Below, in pieces: positions 48,355 through 60,882 of a stretch of DNA of 64,000 nucleotides; within the stretch, counting starts at the first letter, position 1, and the number at the start of each line of letters is the position of its first letter. Under the pieces are notes generated by a model that saw only the letters and a list, made by a program, of their open reading frames with translations, did not search any database and was not told the DNA's origin. Source of the DNA: Pelomyxa schiedti (lineage: Eukaryota; Protista; Evosea); contig JAHLWZ010000518.1 in assembly GCA_020536535.1 (NCBI GenBank), forward strand, positions 1 to 64,000. The letters run 5' to 3'. A program made the position numbers and the translations under genes.

Positions 48355-50036
48355 ATGGACGTAGTTGCACACGCTCCGGTGTCGGACTCGCAGAGTACCG
48401 CGGTAGATCCAACAATAACAACAAGCGGTTCGACATCATCGTCGCCTGGATCTACGACCGCCACTACGTCCAGCAGCACCAGCGCCAGTGCGTCTGCCGT
48501 AAGTGTCAGCGGCGATCGCGCAACGGCGTGGCCGTCGTGGGTCAAGTTTGACTTCGTGAAACGGCACGAAGAGGCGCTGGGCGAGGCGGCCAACGCCTAC
48601 GTGCGGAAGTGGCTGGACCAGAAGTGGTTGCCGTCTTTGTGTGCCAACCCTGTCTATCACTCTTTCTTCAATCACAAGGACATAAGGAAGGCATGCAATT
48701 TCCTTTATTTTTCGTTTTTTTTTCTCCTCCCTTTCGATAGCACTCACTGCGTTTATTTAACGATGGGCAGGAATTCTCTGAGTCCTGGGCAATTTACAAG
48801 CAAGTAAAATTAATGCTTGCAAGTATGGCTTTGCCTCCTGGTGTGAGGCTTGTTCTCTTCGATGTGTGTAGTGGCAAAGGATTTTCTGGGGTCCTGTTAG
48901 CACACAAGTTCCCTTCTGCTGATGTGATCATGATTGACAAAGTAAGTGTGCTTCCCCATTAACTTTTTTCTTACCTAGTACTTTTTTTATCCTCTTGAGA
49001 GAACTTCCGAATCAATGCCAAGCACCTTGTGGCCTTACCAAGAGTTAGAATGCAAGTTATGGATATCTTGAAGGACCCAGAGTTGCTACCTTATTTTGTT
49101 TTTGGCTGTTTACCACCAAATAGCATTGGAATACTAACAGGTTTTATTATCATGATAAGGCAATTTTTTTTTTTAACTTCACAAGGCATGCATCTGTGCG
49201 GACCTCTCTCCAAGAGTTTTATACACTGTTTCAGTGTCGTGGAGCAAATTGCTAGTATGATTCTTTGCCCTTGTTGCCTGGAGGTAAAGCCCCATTTTTT
49301 TGTAAGCTGTCTAACGGTTTTGTAGTCACATAAGAAAAGTGGAATCGCTGCAGAAGCTCGTAGTCTCAACGTTGACAACTACTTGCATTGGACATCACAC
49401 CTGCTGCAATCACTTCCGCAAGAATCTCTCCGCACAACTTGCATTCAAGGTTGGTGTTGAAGAACAGTGAAGATGAGACTAACTCTCACAGATGAACACA
49501 TCCTTACAATAAAGAACAAAATCATTACTGCCACAAGGTTGAAACTAACGTTCAACCCAACGCCGCTATCTTCCTTACTATCCAGCATCCAGCAGACTGA
49601 ATCAACAAAACCACCCAAACAAAAAGCTGTCTGCTTATACAAACTCGCCAGTGAAGACCCTGATTTCCAAGGAGCTTCAGCAGTAATTGCCAAACGGTTC
49701 ACATGGTGTGCCATTGATGGGTGCCCAGGCAGGTACACCCTTTCGCCTGGACAAATAACTGGGAGTGATGGCATTTCCGCCCTCGTTACTGCAGCAGGAT
49801 TGGACCCCAAAATCACAGTTCAACCGGAAGTTGTTGGCAGCTCAATCAGGGCCAGGGACCCTGTTACCACTGCCGCATTCATTAACACCACACCGGACAG
49901 CACCGCAAGTGCTTCCACACAATCCAACAACTCATATGGGGGATTTATATCCTACCGGCACAGTAATGGGTCCTACCTCCACACACTGTGCACGGCTTCA
50001 GGCTTTGCTCGCAAGAAGAACCAACTTGGACTCTAA
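48355..50036 (+). CDS. Class I SAM-dependent methyltransferase (Methyltransf_32/TRM13-like) fused to a small uncharacterised C-terminal domain
   Basis: 'LFDVCSGKG', 'MIDK', 'GMHLCGPLS', 'LCPCC'. First intron is GC-AG (48691-48770). Alternative start at 48301. Confidence 0.75.
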
Positions 50037-50081
50037 TTCCAAACAAACAAAATGTCGGGGAAAAAAAGAAGCTATTCACAA

Positions 50082-50582
50082 TCAATTAGCTTGCATTTGA
50101 AATGTGCCACTACATCCAGGGAGCGACCACCTTCCTGACATAGTTTTCGCAGTCCTTTTCCCCGTGTATGAAACAACATGCGTCCGATATGACTTGGCGA
50201 AATCGACCTGTCCTCCCCAATTGGTCCCTATCCAGAAGTTAAAAGTGTGGTAAGTTTGAAACATGTATGAGACAAGGCAGCACGTGAAGAAGGGAAACTT
50301 ATTGTTGGCTACACAAAACACCGTGTACTACATGCCTTGAATAGTGAAGGTTCCTATGGAATCGCAGCCGGATCCAGACATGGACCCGTCGGCAGTGTTC
50401 TCCACGCACATGAAACTCCAGTTGGACTTTGCTCCATTCTGCTCGTACCACCCAGACCACTTCACGGCCACTTCCTTCGGCGGCGACGATGACGCCACAG
50501 CGACAGGCGTTGTCGGTGTAGTAGTAGGTGGCGGCTGCGTGGTTGTAGTCGTCGGCGCGGTGCCGGAGTTCTGCCCTCCCAT
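50082..50582 (-). CDS. Small beta-rich hypothetical protein, possibly N-myristoylated
   Basis: MGGQNS start; 'WSGWYEQ...GSGCDSIGTFTIQG...VDFAKSY...YTG...SGRW...GTF'. Confidence 0.65.
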
Positions 50583-50756
50583 CAACCTACCCATTTTTCG
50601 TCTTGTTTTTTTTTTTTTTTTTTGTTTATTGGAAAAAGTTCGTTTATCGGGCCTCGAATGATATCAAATATGTTGGTGCAGACACATCAACCAAACCCTG
50701 TGCGCTTGTTTGTTCCGTGTTTTCGCATTTTACTGAACACCGGTAATTGTTGGTTG

Positions 50757-52172
50757 TCACTGCTTGGTGCTCCTTGTTCCAATGTGCTCTGCCACACGGT
50801 TGCAGTGAGAATCCAGTGGGTCACATGCTTGCCTGTTGCGCCACACGCTCGCGGTGCAGTGCCCACGGAGGGTGTGGCAGTTGGTCATCTCACACTCAGG
50901 GTCTGTTCCGGCAAAGGGGCTGCATAGGGCCAGCCTGGAGCGGTCATACACTGCAGCGCCATTGGTGTAGCCTCCCCATTGGCACGGCGAGTCCGGGAAC
51001 GCCTGTGTGTCAAAGCACCTCCTCACAATCACTGTGGTTCTGGCCGATTCCCCGGGTGGTGATGATTCTGCTTCCGCACTGGAGCCGGTGCCGTTGTAGT
51101 TGGTGGTGTTGTAAGTGATGCTAGTGTGGATGGGTTGATTAGTATGTTGCGGAGTAAGGGTAATCATGGTGGGGTCTTGGGAATTGACGGAGGCAGTCAA
51201 GTTGATCACCTGTTTCGTTGCGTACCACTCTCTTTCACCTCGCAGCAACACCCCCGTGAGATTGGAATCTGTGTGAAGGATGGCTATGGCTTCTTCAATA
51301 AACTTTGACTGTTGGATCGTCTCTTCTATGCCAGGAATTATTTCCCAGTCTTCTTCCATTGAGGCAAGGTACGGTGCAGTGCACATCCCAAAGAACGCCA
51401 CTGTGTACCGTTAATTGGAAACGATAAAAGCACGTCAGTTTCATACAATTGAAAGGCCAGGAAAATCCCATCGGTTTTGGAGCAACTGCCCTTGCATCAA
51501 ACTATGCCAATAAGAAAAAGCCAGTCAATAGTAAAATCAACAAGGAATGTCAGGATAATATGCCATCATTACCTCATACTGATGAGCCAGTTTGTCGATA
51601 ACCTGGGAGTTTGTGGCCTGATCTACCCACACAAGCTCATAAGGGAGTGACTCGTGCACTTCCATGTGCCTCACTATTCCCCACACGGTCCTGTTCAAGT
51701 ACTCTGGCCTCTGGTTGGATATCACCACAATGCACACCACCGGGTCCCCGCTCCTCTTCGCTCTCGTTATAATCGGCTTATTCCCCTCAATCCCACCCAC
51801 AATTTGTTCCCCCTCTCTGTGGCAAGTTCCTGTCACCACCTCTCCTCCCGCTACTTGCGCTCTCTCTTCTGATGTTGGTGATGCATCCGGCGCTGTCGTA
51901 TCTAGTGCTGGTGCATCGATTGCGAGGGGCTGATGCAACACCGTGGTGACTGTAGTCGTGGTGGTCGTAGTTGTGGTTTTGGCTGCTGCAGCCACTTGCT
52001 CCTGTTGCTGGTACGTGAATGACGTGAGATCTGATGCGACTACGCTGTCGGTGTTGTAGGCGAGATGCCAGTTGCTGAGAGATGGAAATGACAAGTAGAC
52101 GAGCGACGCGAAGATCATGGCGACAAGACCAACTACCGCACCAACTGCACACACCGTAAACTTGTCCATCAT
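50757..52172 (-). CDS. Type II membrane GT-A/GT2-like glycosyltransferase
   Basis: N-terminal TM anchor, Thr-rich stem, 'RPEYLNRT', 'ELVWVDQ', 'MEEDW' (DxD-like), C-terminal 'EHIG'. Confidence 0.68.
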
Positions 52173-52539
52173 ATGTTGTTTTGTTTGTCTTTGTGATTCA
52201 CATAGCGAAGCTCTTCACGCCCCGCAAGGCGCCGGGTTTTGACTCTTTTTCGAAGTGACATCTTCTGTGAATACTTTCCAGGCGTGTGGAACTGCTGCCT
52301 AGACAGACCGGTGACGCTGGGGCGCTGCGAAATAGGCAGGAATTAGATAGTGGGGGCCTCACAGTGCCGGTTCGCGACAATGAAATTTCATCAGGCGATG
52401 TGATTTGTGTGTGGAGTGTCACACTTCGCGTAGTTGCAATTTATAATTTATGGCGAGAGGAGAGAGCGCGCAGCATACAATTATGGGTGGAGAACTACAG
52501 TTGCAATTTGGCGACAGCCACTATCAAAAACCAGCACAG

Positions 52540-53010
52540 CTGTGAGCGTGTCTATTGGCCATGATGCCTAATGCCTTTATTGTATTGACCTCAGGAACAC
52601 AAGCAGTGGTGACATCGCAGCTGTGTCCGTGATGATGAGGGAAGGAAATCCAGTTGTGTGGTTTGCTGGCAGTCAGGAATTCCACGTCGAAGTATGTGAG
52701 AACGTTTATTGGAATGAGCATTCTTGGTGCACCACACGATCACCTGCTACCCAGACCACCAAACAACAAGGGAGCAGCATTACCTTGTGAGCCTGGAAAA
52801 GAACAACGTGGTGAGGAACTGCATATCAATATCAGTGCCGGGCAAGGTTGGCAAATGCCACTTCTATGAGCACAGGGACTCTGGTGATTGCTGCAAACGA
52901 AGAATCTCCCTGCCACTCCACACTGGCCCTTATTGCAGTTTGTGTTACGCAATGGGTTGGTTGTATTCCAAGGACAATGCCTTATTGGCCTTGTTGCCGC
53001 CACGGCTTTG
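52540..53010 (+). pseudogene. Decayed paralog of the 23423-24586 gene
   Basis: Nucleotide and peptide similarity (e.g. 'QEFHVEVCENVYW' vs 'QEFRVEVCEDVYW'; 'PGKVGKCHFYE' vs 'PGKVDKSHFYE') with indels and stops. Confidence 0.75.
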
Positions 53011-53235
53011 TTGGGGGTAACATTTAAGTCCGAAAGTATCACCACAAATTATTATGATCCCAGCTAAGTAAGTGCAACAAAACAATTGAGCCAACGTCGT
53101 CAGTTGTACTTTTTTTTTCTGTATTGCAACAAAGACAGGACTTTCGCCTTCTCAACGCGAAACGCGCCGTTCATAGCAGAAAAAGACGTTAATTTTTGAT
53201 CAAAAGTTAACCCAAACCGAAATTTAAGCAAGCAA

Positions 53236-54654
53236 ATGGGCAGACAAACGGGCACCGCGACGCCTGCGTCGTCCACTTCGACAACAACCTCCTCGGCGTC
53301 TACAGCCAGCTCGCCTGAATCTTCGCGACCTCAGGTGGCTGTGTATCCGCCGTCTGAGCCATACCCCGCAATCGAGAGCGGCGCAGTTGTCACTGTATGC
53401 TCATAATTATGGGTTGTTGTAATAAAGTCAGTACCCAGCAACACCTTGTTTCACTTTTTTTTCCCCATGTTAGACATCTACAGAGTGGGATCCATCACAT
53501 AGGGCTGAGAGGTGCAGATTGGGATATAAACCACGTGAAGGAGCTCATGCGTGGTGCGCCGGTTCGTTACTTCCTTTTTTGTACAAAAAAAAAACCCATT
53601 TTTCTGGGCTATACGCACACTTAAAATACAACTTCTAGGATTCAATGACAGTGCACAGTGGCTTCAAGTGAGCTTTCTCGCTCCAAGAGTACTGGTTTCT
53701 GTTGTTACACAAGGGAGGGGAGACTGCAACCAGGTAGCCATCACTGGCACCACCTTTCGTTTTCTAAAATCCCATTATCCAGTATGTGACAATGTATACT
53801 TTGAGATACACTGTTGATGGAATCAACTGGCTGGCAGCTGATAATGGACGAGTCTTCCAAGGAGGTGGTCCTTGTGATGACTGTAAAAAGCATGTACGTT
53901 TCGAAGTTTGTTCTACGAAGACCAAGGCTTATTCAAACACAGAACCTGCTGGCACCAGTTCAAGGAATAGCCTTTAGAATTTGCCCTACAAGCTGGAACG
54001 AGCATATATCTATGCGGTGTGAGTTCTTTGTAACCACTGGCGGAACCCCTGTTCAGCCATTACCTCCACCCGGTGCCACTCCTTTTCCAGCAATTGAATG
54101 CGGAGCACATGTCACTGTATGTGTCCCGGTTTTCTCCAATCCAAAATAATAATTAGCGCAGGCATCTACTGAATGGGACCCAGGGCATGCAGCCCATAGG
54201 TGCCGCCTGGGATATACCCCAAGGGAAGGTGCACATGCATGGTGTGCAGGTTCGTTGTCACATTCCGACTCATATCATCCATTCCACTCATTTCAATGGT
54301 TTGGGTAGCTTTCAATGATCCCGAACAGTGGCTTCAAGTGAACTTTCCTTTCCCGAAGTCTCTCGTTGCTGTAGCAACACAAGGAAGAGGTGACTGCAAT
54401 CAGCATGTGAGGGCCTACACAATAAAATACACACATGACGGCATAAATTGGGTATCTGCTGAAAATGGGCGTGCATTTGTAGCAGGTGGACCACGCCATG
54501 ACGTCAAGAGACAGGTAATCAATCTGGAAATGAAAGAAGGCATCTAATTCTTGGGCAGGAACTAGCATCTCCCATTGAGGGAATAGCGTTCAGGATTTGC
54601 CCTGTTGAGTGGAATGAACACATTTCAATGCGTTGTGAATTCTATGTTCTGTAA
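53236..54654 (+). CDS. Tandem discoidin (F5/8 type C) domain protein
   Basis: Two copies of 'AWCA...QWLQV...VxTQGRGD...Y...YT.DGINW...FRICP..WNEHISMRCEF'. Confidence 0.9.
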
Positions 54655-54701
54655 CAGACCAACAACAAAAAAACAAAATTCTTTTTCCAAAGTTTTTTTT
54701 G

Positions 54702-56362
54702 TTATGGCACAGTCCTCATAGAAATGTAGAGCCAAAACAAACTGCTTCTCCCTCCTTCGAGTCTGGCAACCGGGAAATCCCCACCTGTTTTATTGTCAAA
54801 AGAAAAGCTTGGTGAAAGGTATTTTTCAACCCGGGTATTTTTCATTTTGCTTGATAGGAAACCGAATCCCATGGAAGGGGTATTGTGTGCCCAAACAAAT
54901 TGGTCTCTTCCATAGTCCACATTGGTAACTGTCCGAGTTTTAAAATGAATGTTATTTTTGATGGAGAGGGGTTCTCACCTAATATTAGACCTCCGTAATT
55001 TGTGAGGGGATCGTGGCATTGGCACTGACAATTATGGTGTGTCATGGAAATTGTGGAGGTCATCGAGGAAGCGAGTGTATTGCGTACTACCTCTCCAACA
55101 TCTACTAGATTACTCTCTTCCGCTTCATGCTGCTGTGGACTGGAGAAATCAAGAGAATACACCGCTGTTGACACTTTGTTGGCAAGGAGAGACACCATGA
55201 GTTGCTCCCCTGTTCCGGTTGTGCTAGTGGCAACATACCGTCTGGTTGGCAGAGTTCTGCTTTGAGCCCAGCAGCCACTACCATAGTGTGCGGCCTTATC
55301 ACCTTCATAAGTGTTGCGCTGGGATAATTTAATTTGCCTTACCTCACCAATTCTCCCACTATACTTCATTGGTATACCACCACTGGATACTGCAGATGCA
55401 GCATTCCCGGAGGCGTCGTAGGCTATTGCCCCGACAGTGTCCCCTTCCAAAAACTCTAACAGGAGTAAACACGGAAGTGCAAAGAAAGGTATACCACATG
55501 ACTTGCCGCATTGCAAGAAGAGCAGTGACAATATTTACAACTTGGAAATGGCGCTGAGGCTGCAGAGGCCATCTCTGCACTATACTCCAGCCAATGGTTT
55601 CTTGACTCTTCTGTGATGTGCCATTGAGTGAAGTCTGCCACTGAAGTGGACATGAGAAAAATGTGGCAAGGAGTTCCAAGCAAAGACCGAACAACCTGAA
55701 TGTGCAACTCTCAGCCCCCTTGAGAGTGCCCACTTCCAAGCTCCAGAACCAGCAAGAAATCTGAAATGTATTCAGGTTGTTAGCTACAATCATTACTCCT
55801 AATTTGAGCATACATGGGCCTGATTCTTCCCAAGGGCAAAGGTCCGAGACGTGAATCCAGGAGTAATTGGGCCGCAACACATATCGGATTTTGTAAACCA
55901 GGAGCAGCACCAACACTCCCAAAAGCACCATCCGTCCCATCCATTACACTTGCATCACATTCCACAGTACCATCCAACCTTAAAAACATGATAAATATTA
56001 TACTAAATAATACAAAAGCTATGTTGATGAATTCATATTTAGCTTGGGAAAAAAAAAAAAAAAAACGGAAAAGGGGGATGGATACGTGAGGTTGGAGCCA
56101 AATCCGGCATTTGTGCAGGAGCTGTCCTCGAGCAAGGCGACTGTTCTAACAACGCAATCCAGTGCCGATCCCCCGTCTCTGAGCACAGTCCCACCTCCAC
56201 GGCAGCACTATTCGGTCGAGTAGATATGGGGTTGTCGACTTTGGGGTGAGTGTAAGTGGGGCGATTGGGCTCACAACGCACACGGGAGATGGTCTCGGTG
56301 TATTCGTCGTTGCGGTCAGGTGAGTGGTACCCCGCACCTACGTGCAGCCCGACAAACCACAT
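54702..56362 (-). CDS. TASP1: Threonine aspartase 1 (taspase-1, asparaginase-2 family)
   Basis: 'LHVGAGYH', 'NAGFGSNL', 'VECDASVMDG', 'LGRIRPM', autocleavage site 'DTVGA', 'SSGG..MKYSGRIGEAA.YGSGCWA', 'TGTGEQLM'. Confidence 0.9.
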
Positions 56363-57099
56363 GTGCCCCAAGCCCGCTCGCCGATCGCTCACTATGGGAC
56401 AAATCAAAACAAAGGGGTAGTGGTGAGGCCCGTGGGTAAATGATTCCGTAAGAATCGTGGCTTCATGAAGCCTTGGGAAATTAGTCAATAACTCTGTGCC
56501 AAGGGGCAGGGTATTGGGCTTGAGATCTGGCGCCCAAAATAAGTTTGACATTTTTGTTTCAATCTCCCAAGAAACTAAAAAAATAACACAGTTCACCCAC
56601 AAACACGAGCGGAGCTGGTGGAGGTGTCGGAGGAAGACAAAGAGTACAGCTATTTTTTGTGTGCCAAGACCAAAAAGAATAGGCATTCCATGGTTCGACG
56701 TCTGTACTCCAAGCAGTGCGGTTTTTTCCTCTTTCAGATCTCGTGTGCCGAGGTAGATTGGGTTGGGATAGTGACCACCACACTGTGAGGTGTGCTGGGG
56801 TGTTGATGGTTGTTGTTTTACTTGTGTAGTAAGGGAGAAAGAAGCCCGAATACAAACACAAGAGTTTATTGTTTATTACTTTAGCTTTTGCTTGCTATAA
56901 CTACGATGGTGTTGTTCCCGCCTTATAAAGGCGCTAGAATCAGTTCTAGGTGTCGCCTGGATCTCCCTCAGGGTCCCAACAGATTCGCGGTAGTTTTCCC
57001 AGAAATCCATCAGTGATTAGAACCGTACTTAGAACTACAGCGACGCGAAGTCACCTCGCCACATCTCGCATGTTTTTTTTTTCCGCTTCACAACACAGT

Positions 57100-58850
57100 T
57101 TTTCAACCAAAGCCGATCTAATAGACTGCACCCTGAACACCCTTTCGAGGCGTGGTGTGGCCACATCCTGTTTGTTATCTTTAAGTCAGAAGGGGATAGA
57201 TACTATGCCCTCACCCACCCGCCCCCATTTAAATGGTTGACTGAGGCTCAGGTTGAACAACTCGGTGTGTTGCCCCAGCATGTAAAATCCTCGTGGCATG
57301 AACGATTTCAAAATCGGCAGGCCTCCACAGCTGCCTCATCAGCCCACCAAGCCTTGACGTACCCCAGTGCCGACGCCAAAGCCAACAACTTGCAACACAC
57401 CAGTTATAGTGGTGCTCTTGCGCCATCAACTTCTGGCATCAGCCAAGTTACTGTGGAGAGTGGCGATTGTTTCGTTGAGGATGTGAGGCCAGCAAAGAGG
57501 CCACGTATAGCGAATACAATTAAACCTGCAACACTCTTGGGTATTGGAGTAGGGACAAATCCAAGTTTGACAACACCAGTTCAACAACGTGAAACTGTCA
57601 ACTCAGACTCAGATTTAGCAAGAGCAACTGCCGAAATTTATACGGCTCCACAGATTGCATATGTCGACAGATTTGAAAAGCACACAATCATCACAGAGTT
57701 TGGTTCAGCGCAGTATGTTGCATATTCCCTGGGCAATGTCTTTGTTGCCTTGGTCTGGTATATGGAATCTCCAATTGACCCCACTGCACAACACAAAGAT
57801 GAGGGTTATATACCCGGCACTTGTATGTCGAAAATGCAGAAAAAACACTATCAAGCTCATTTCGAGAAAGTTGTAATCAAGGTAGACCCCGTTGTCATAC
57901 AAATGGCAATGTGCTCTTTCAACCAAGTGGACGACCCCCCTTTCTCTGAGGATTGTTTGATTCAGTACATACGGAACTTCCTCGCCCCACTTGTTAGCCA
58001 AGGCAGATGCTACGTACATGACATACGATACAGTGATATGTGGCGTGCTATATTGGCAAGAGGCAACCAGTGGACGGCCGGCAACAGTGACGTTGGAGTT
58101 AGTGTCTTTCCAGTTGGATCGAGCACCGCCTCTCAGGCTCACATATTGGATGTGTGTTTCTGGCACTGCAGTAGAAGTGGTGCCGCGGCGTGCCCAAAAA
58201 GAGGCCGAGAGGGAAAACGTTACAACCAACAGCACCTTCGTCGTACTCGCGGAGGGATTTAAAGTGCAGTACGTGGTGGAGAGGAAGGGACCCGCTCCCG
58301 AGACCCTTGTGGGAGAAGAGGATCGCTCCGACGGGAATGCTTACAATCATCGCCATCAGCAACATCACGGCGGTGGACAACATAATTGCCCCTCTGCAAA
58401 CGCCGTCATTATGGGTGAGAAACAAGTTATCGAAGACGACGACGCGCTCGACGAGAACATGACTGGAGAACAAGATCAGCAGCAGGAGCGACATGATGAA
58501 GAAGAAGAACAATTACGATGAGGAAGTGCCACCCCTCCAACGCCAAGTCCTTCAGCTGTAACCGAGATCCGCAGCGGCACCACCATAGTAGCACATATAA
58601 CCACAGCACCAACAGCTGCCGCAACACCAACCCCAACCCCAGCTAGCTCTGACAGGAACAACAGGGGCTGCAGCACCAAGGATACGAATGGGAACGGGAA
58701 CGGGAATGGGAACGGGAATGGGCATGGGAACGGGAATGGGAACGGGAACGGGAACGGGAACGGGAACGGGCACGGGCATCTGCATCAGCAGAGTGGCCAG
58801 CGGGCCTACTCGCCGTCCCATCTGGAGCGATCAAGAAAGGAGAGCCTCTC
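57100..58850 (+). CDS. Hypothetical protein or frameshifted pseudogene (orphan)
   Basis: Overlapping long ORFs 57237-58262 and 57991-58521 with protein-like composition but frame breaks; no recognisable domain. Confidence 0.35.
58687..58778. repeat. Hexanucleotide tandem repeat (GGAACG/GGAATG)n
   Basis: About 15 imperfect units. Confidence 0.9.
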
Positions 58851-58907
58851 AGGGCTGGTGGTGAAGGAACTGTTTCAGAGGTGTGTGAGATTCTTTCTCT
58901 GTGTGTT

Positions 58908-59392
58908 TAACATCATTTTTCACACAGCAACAATGCTGAGTGTCCCATATGCTATGAAGGAAATCCCTCTTTGCGGAGATCACGCGGCAGCTCTGGAAGG
59001 TATTAAATACGAAGCAGCACTTGCAAGGCTGGCTAGTCACCCATCCATAATCGAGCTCAACAGTAAGTCATGAGTCCAACCTCCCTGGTCGCCCCAGATG
59101 TTTATGTGACTGCCAATTCCGTTGTATTCCTGATGCCTGTCATGATCTGCGACCTCAGAAGCTCATAACCGGCCCAGGGAGAATACCAGGGGTCCCAAAA
59201 ATCTTCCTGCCCCATATGAACATCCCAGAACAGCTGGATACCGTATTTAACGTGTACGGGTGACTGGCCAGCCTTGTCAGCGTTGCTTCGTATTTGACCC
59301 CTTCCAGAGCTGCCGCGCGATCTCCGCGAAGAGGGATTTCCTTCATAGCATATGGGACACTCGGCATTGTTGCTGTGCGAAAAATGATGTTA
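58908..59392. repeat. Inverted repeat 1: arms 58908-59042 and 59258-59392 (135 bp, 12 mismatches)
   Basis: Direct reverse-complement comparison; both arms encode 'SVPYAMKEIPL...ALEG.KYEA.L.RLASHP'. Confidence 0.92.
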
Positions 59393-59574
59393 CACACAGG
59401 TTAGCCCTCACTTCACTCGTTATCCATTCCCTAATCCCACTCCAGAGACATTAAGCCAGCATCTACTTTCCTTTACTTATTCCTACGCAGGTACCTCTCT
59501 GGGTCCCGAAATGTTGGGGGATCCTTATGCCCCATAGGCACCACCCAATGCTCCAAAGCGACTTCTCGAGCAGA

Positions 59575-60026
59575 GGTTTTGAAGTCTCTTACCAACAAGT
59601 GCGACCCTTTCAGGGGGTTCATCCTTGCAGAACTGACCCTCAACGCGGCAGATAAACTGGAAGCAAAGCAAGTCCAACCTACTTCCACACTAGACCCAAA
59701 GTAGGACACTGGACCCAAAGTAGGATCGCCTAATGACACCCACTAAATAGGCAGCTGCAATGATCGAACTAATACAGAGTATGTGGGATCATAACCCTGC
59801 GCTGAGGCCGAGTATCCTGCTCGTCACAGAGAAGCTCATGAGAATTAAGCAGGCACTAGACGTCGTGGACCCCACAGCACTGCACTGATGGCGATCCTAC
59901 TTTCGGTCCAGTGTGGAAGTAGGTTGGACTGCTTTGCTTCCAATTTATCTGCCGCATTGAGGGTAAGTGCCGCAAGGATGAACCCCCTGAAAAGGGTCGC
60001 ACTCGTTGGTAAGACACTTCAAAACC
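59575..60026. repeat. Inverted repeat 2: arms ~59575-59730 and ~59890-60026
   Basis: Both arms encode 'CFAS.LSAALRVS.ARMNPLK'. The left arm carries an internal ~19-bp tandem duplication. Confidence 0.88.
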
Positions 60027-60882
60027 CTGCTATTGCTACCATCATCAGCCACCACACAGATAAAAGCACTGGGGAAGATATTGTGACGGCCAAGAAATTC
60101 TCCACACTTGTGAGATGCTTCGGCCCGTTCTTTGATGCGCGCACTGCAGCACACCTTGTCGAGGTATGTGGCCAATTTTTGGTGCCAACATGGGGCTTAA
60201 CCCAACCCCGATAAACAGATGGAGCGACTTGGCGAACCCAGCGAAGAACTGCTGTTTGGCAAAGAAAAAACCAGTACGAGTGTGGCTACAGCACCAAACC
60301 GCCGGGGCCTTCGTTGTGAGAATTAAGCTTGCAGGGCCCTCTCAAAACTTCGAGGTTTGCCTGGTGCACCAAGCTGAACTACAGTGTCAGACGTATGACT
60401 CTACTCCCGCTCCAATCCCAATCCCAATCCCAATCACTGACACTGTGATCCCAACCAACCCCACTAACTCTTCGCGCAGCATACATGGAACTTGTGGAGA
60501 CTACGAGCACGTTCGCACTGGCACCCGTGGCCATTCCAAAGCAGACCTGCTGTGGAAGCTTCGTAAAAACCGTTAGCTTGCCGACTCCCAAACCCCGCCG
60601 GGATTGAGCATCGGCTCCAAGTTCCCCATAGGAAGAACCCAAACCAACCCCCTCGATGCCAATAAACAAACCCCAAAAGACCTTTCCCACACCCACGTGC
60701 ACTCACAACTCAACTCAATGTTTGTACCAGGAAAAAAAGAGTGAGAGGCTGAGACTGCCTTCTCGTCATATTTTCACAACAGCCATCACACAACATGTTC
60801 CGTATTTGGGAAGAAAGCTGATGATCAAAACTTTTTTGTGGGCTCTATTCTGCACAATGTGTTTGTTGGGGCAGGCATATTC

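Larger units (their letters stand above)
58858..60576 (+). pseudogene. Scrambled relic of a kinase + SH2-like (SHK-type) gene
   Basis: 'YAMK...E...L.RLASHPSIIEL' (kinase N-lobe-like), 'VTAKKFSTLVRCFGP' and 'WLQHQTAGAFVVR' (SH2-associated-like), broken by stops and inversions. Confidence 0.45.

Noticed and set aside
58908-60026. Terminal inverted repeats of a DNA transposon or MITE
   Set aside because: The arms are protein-coding fragments; no target-site duplication or transposase was seen.
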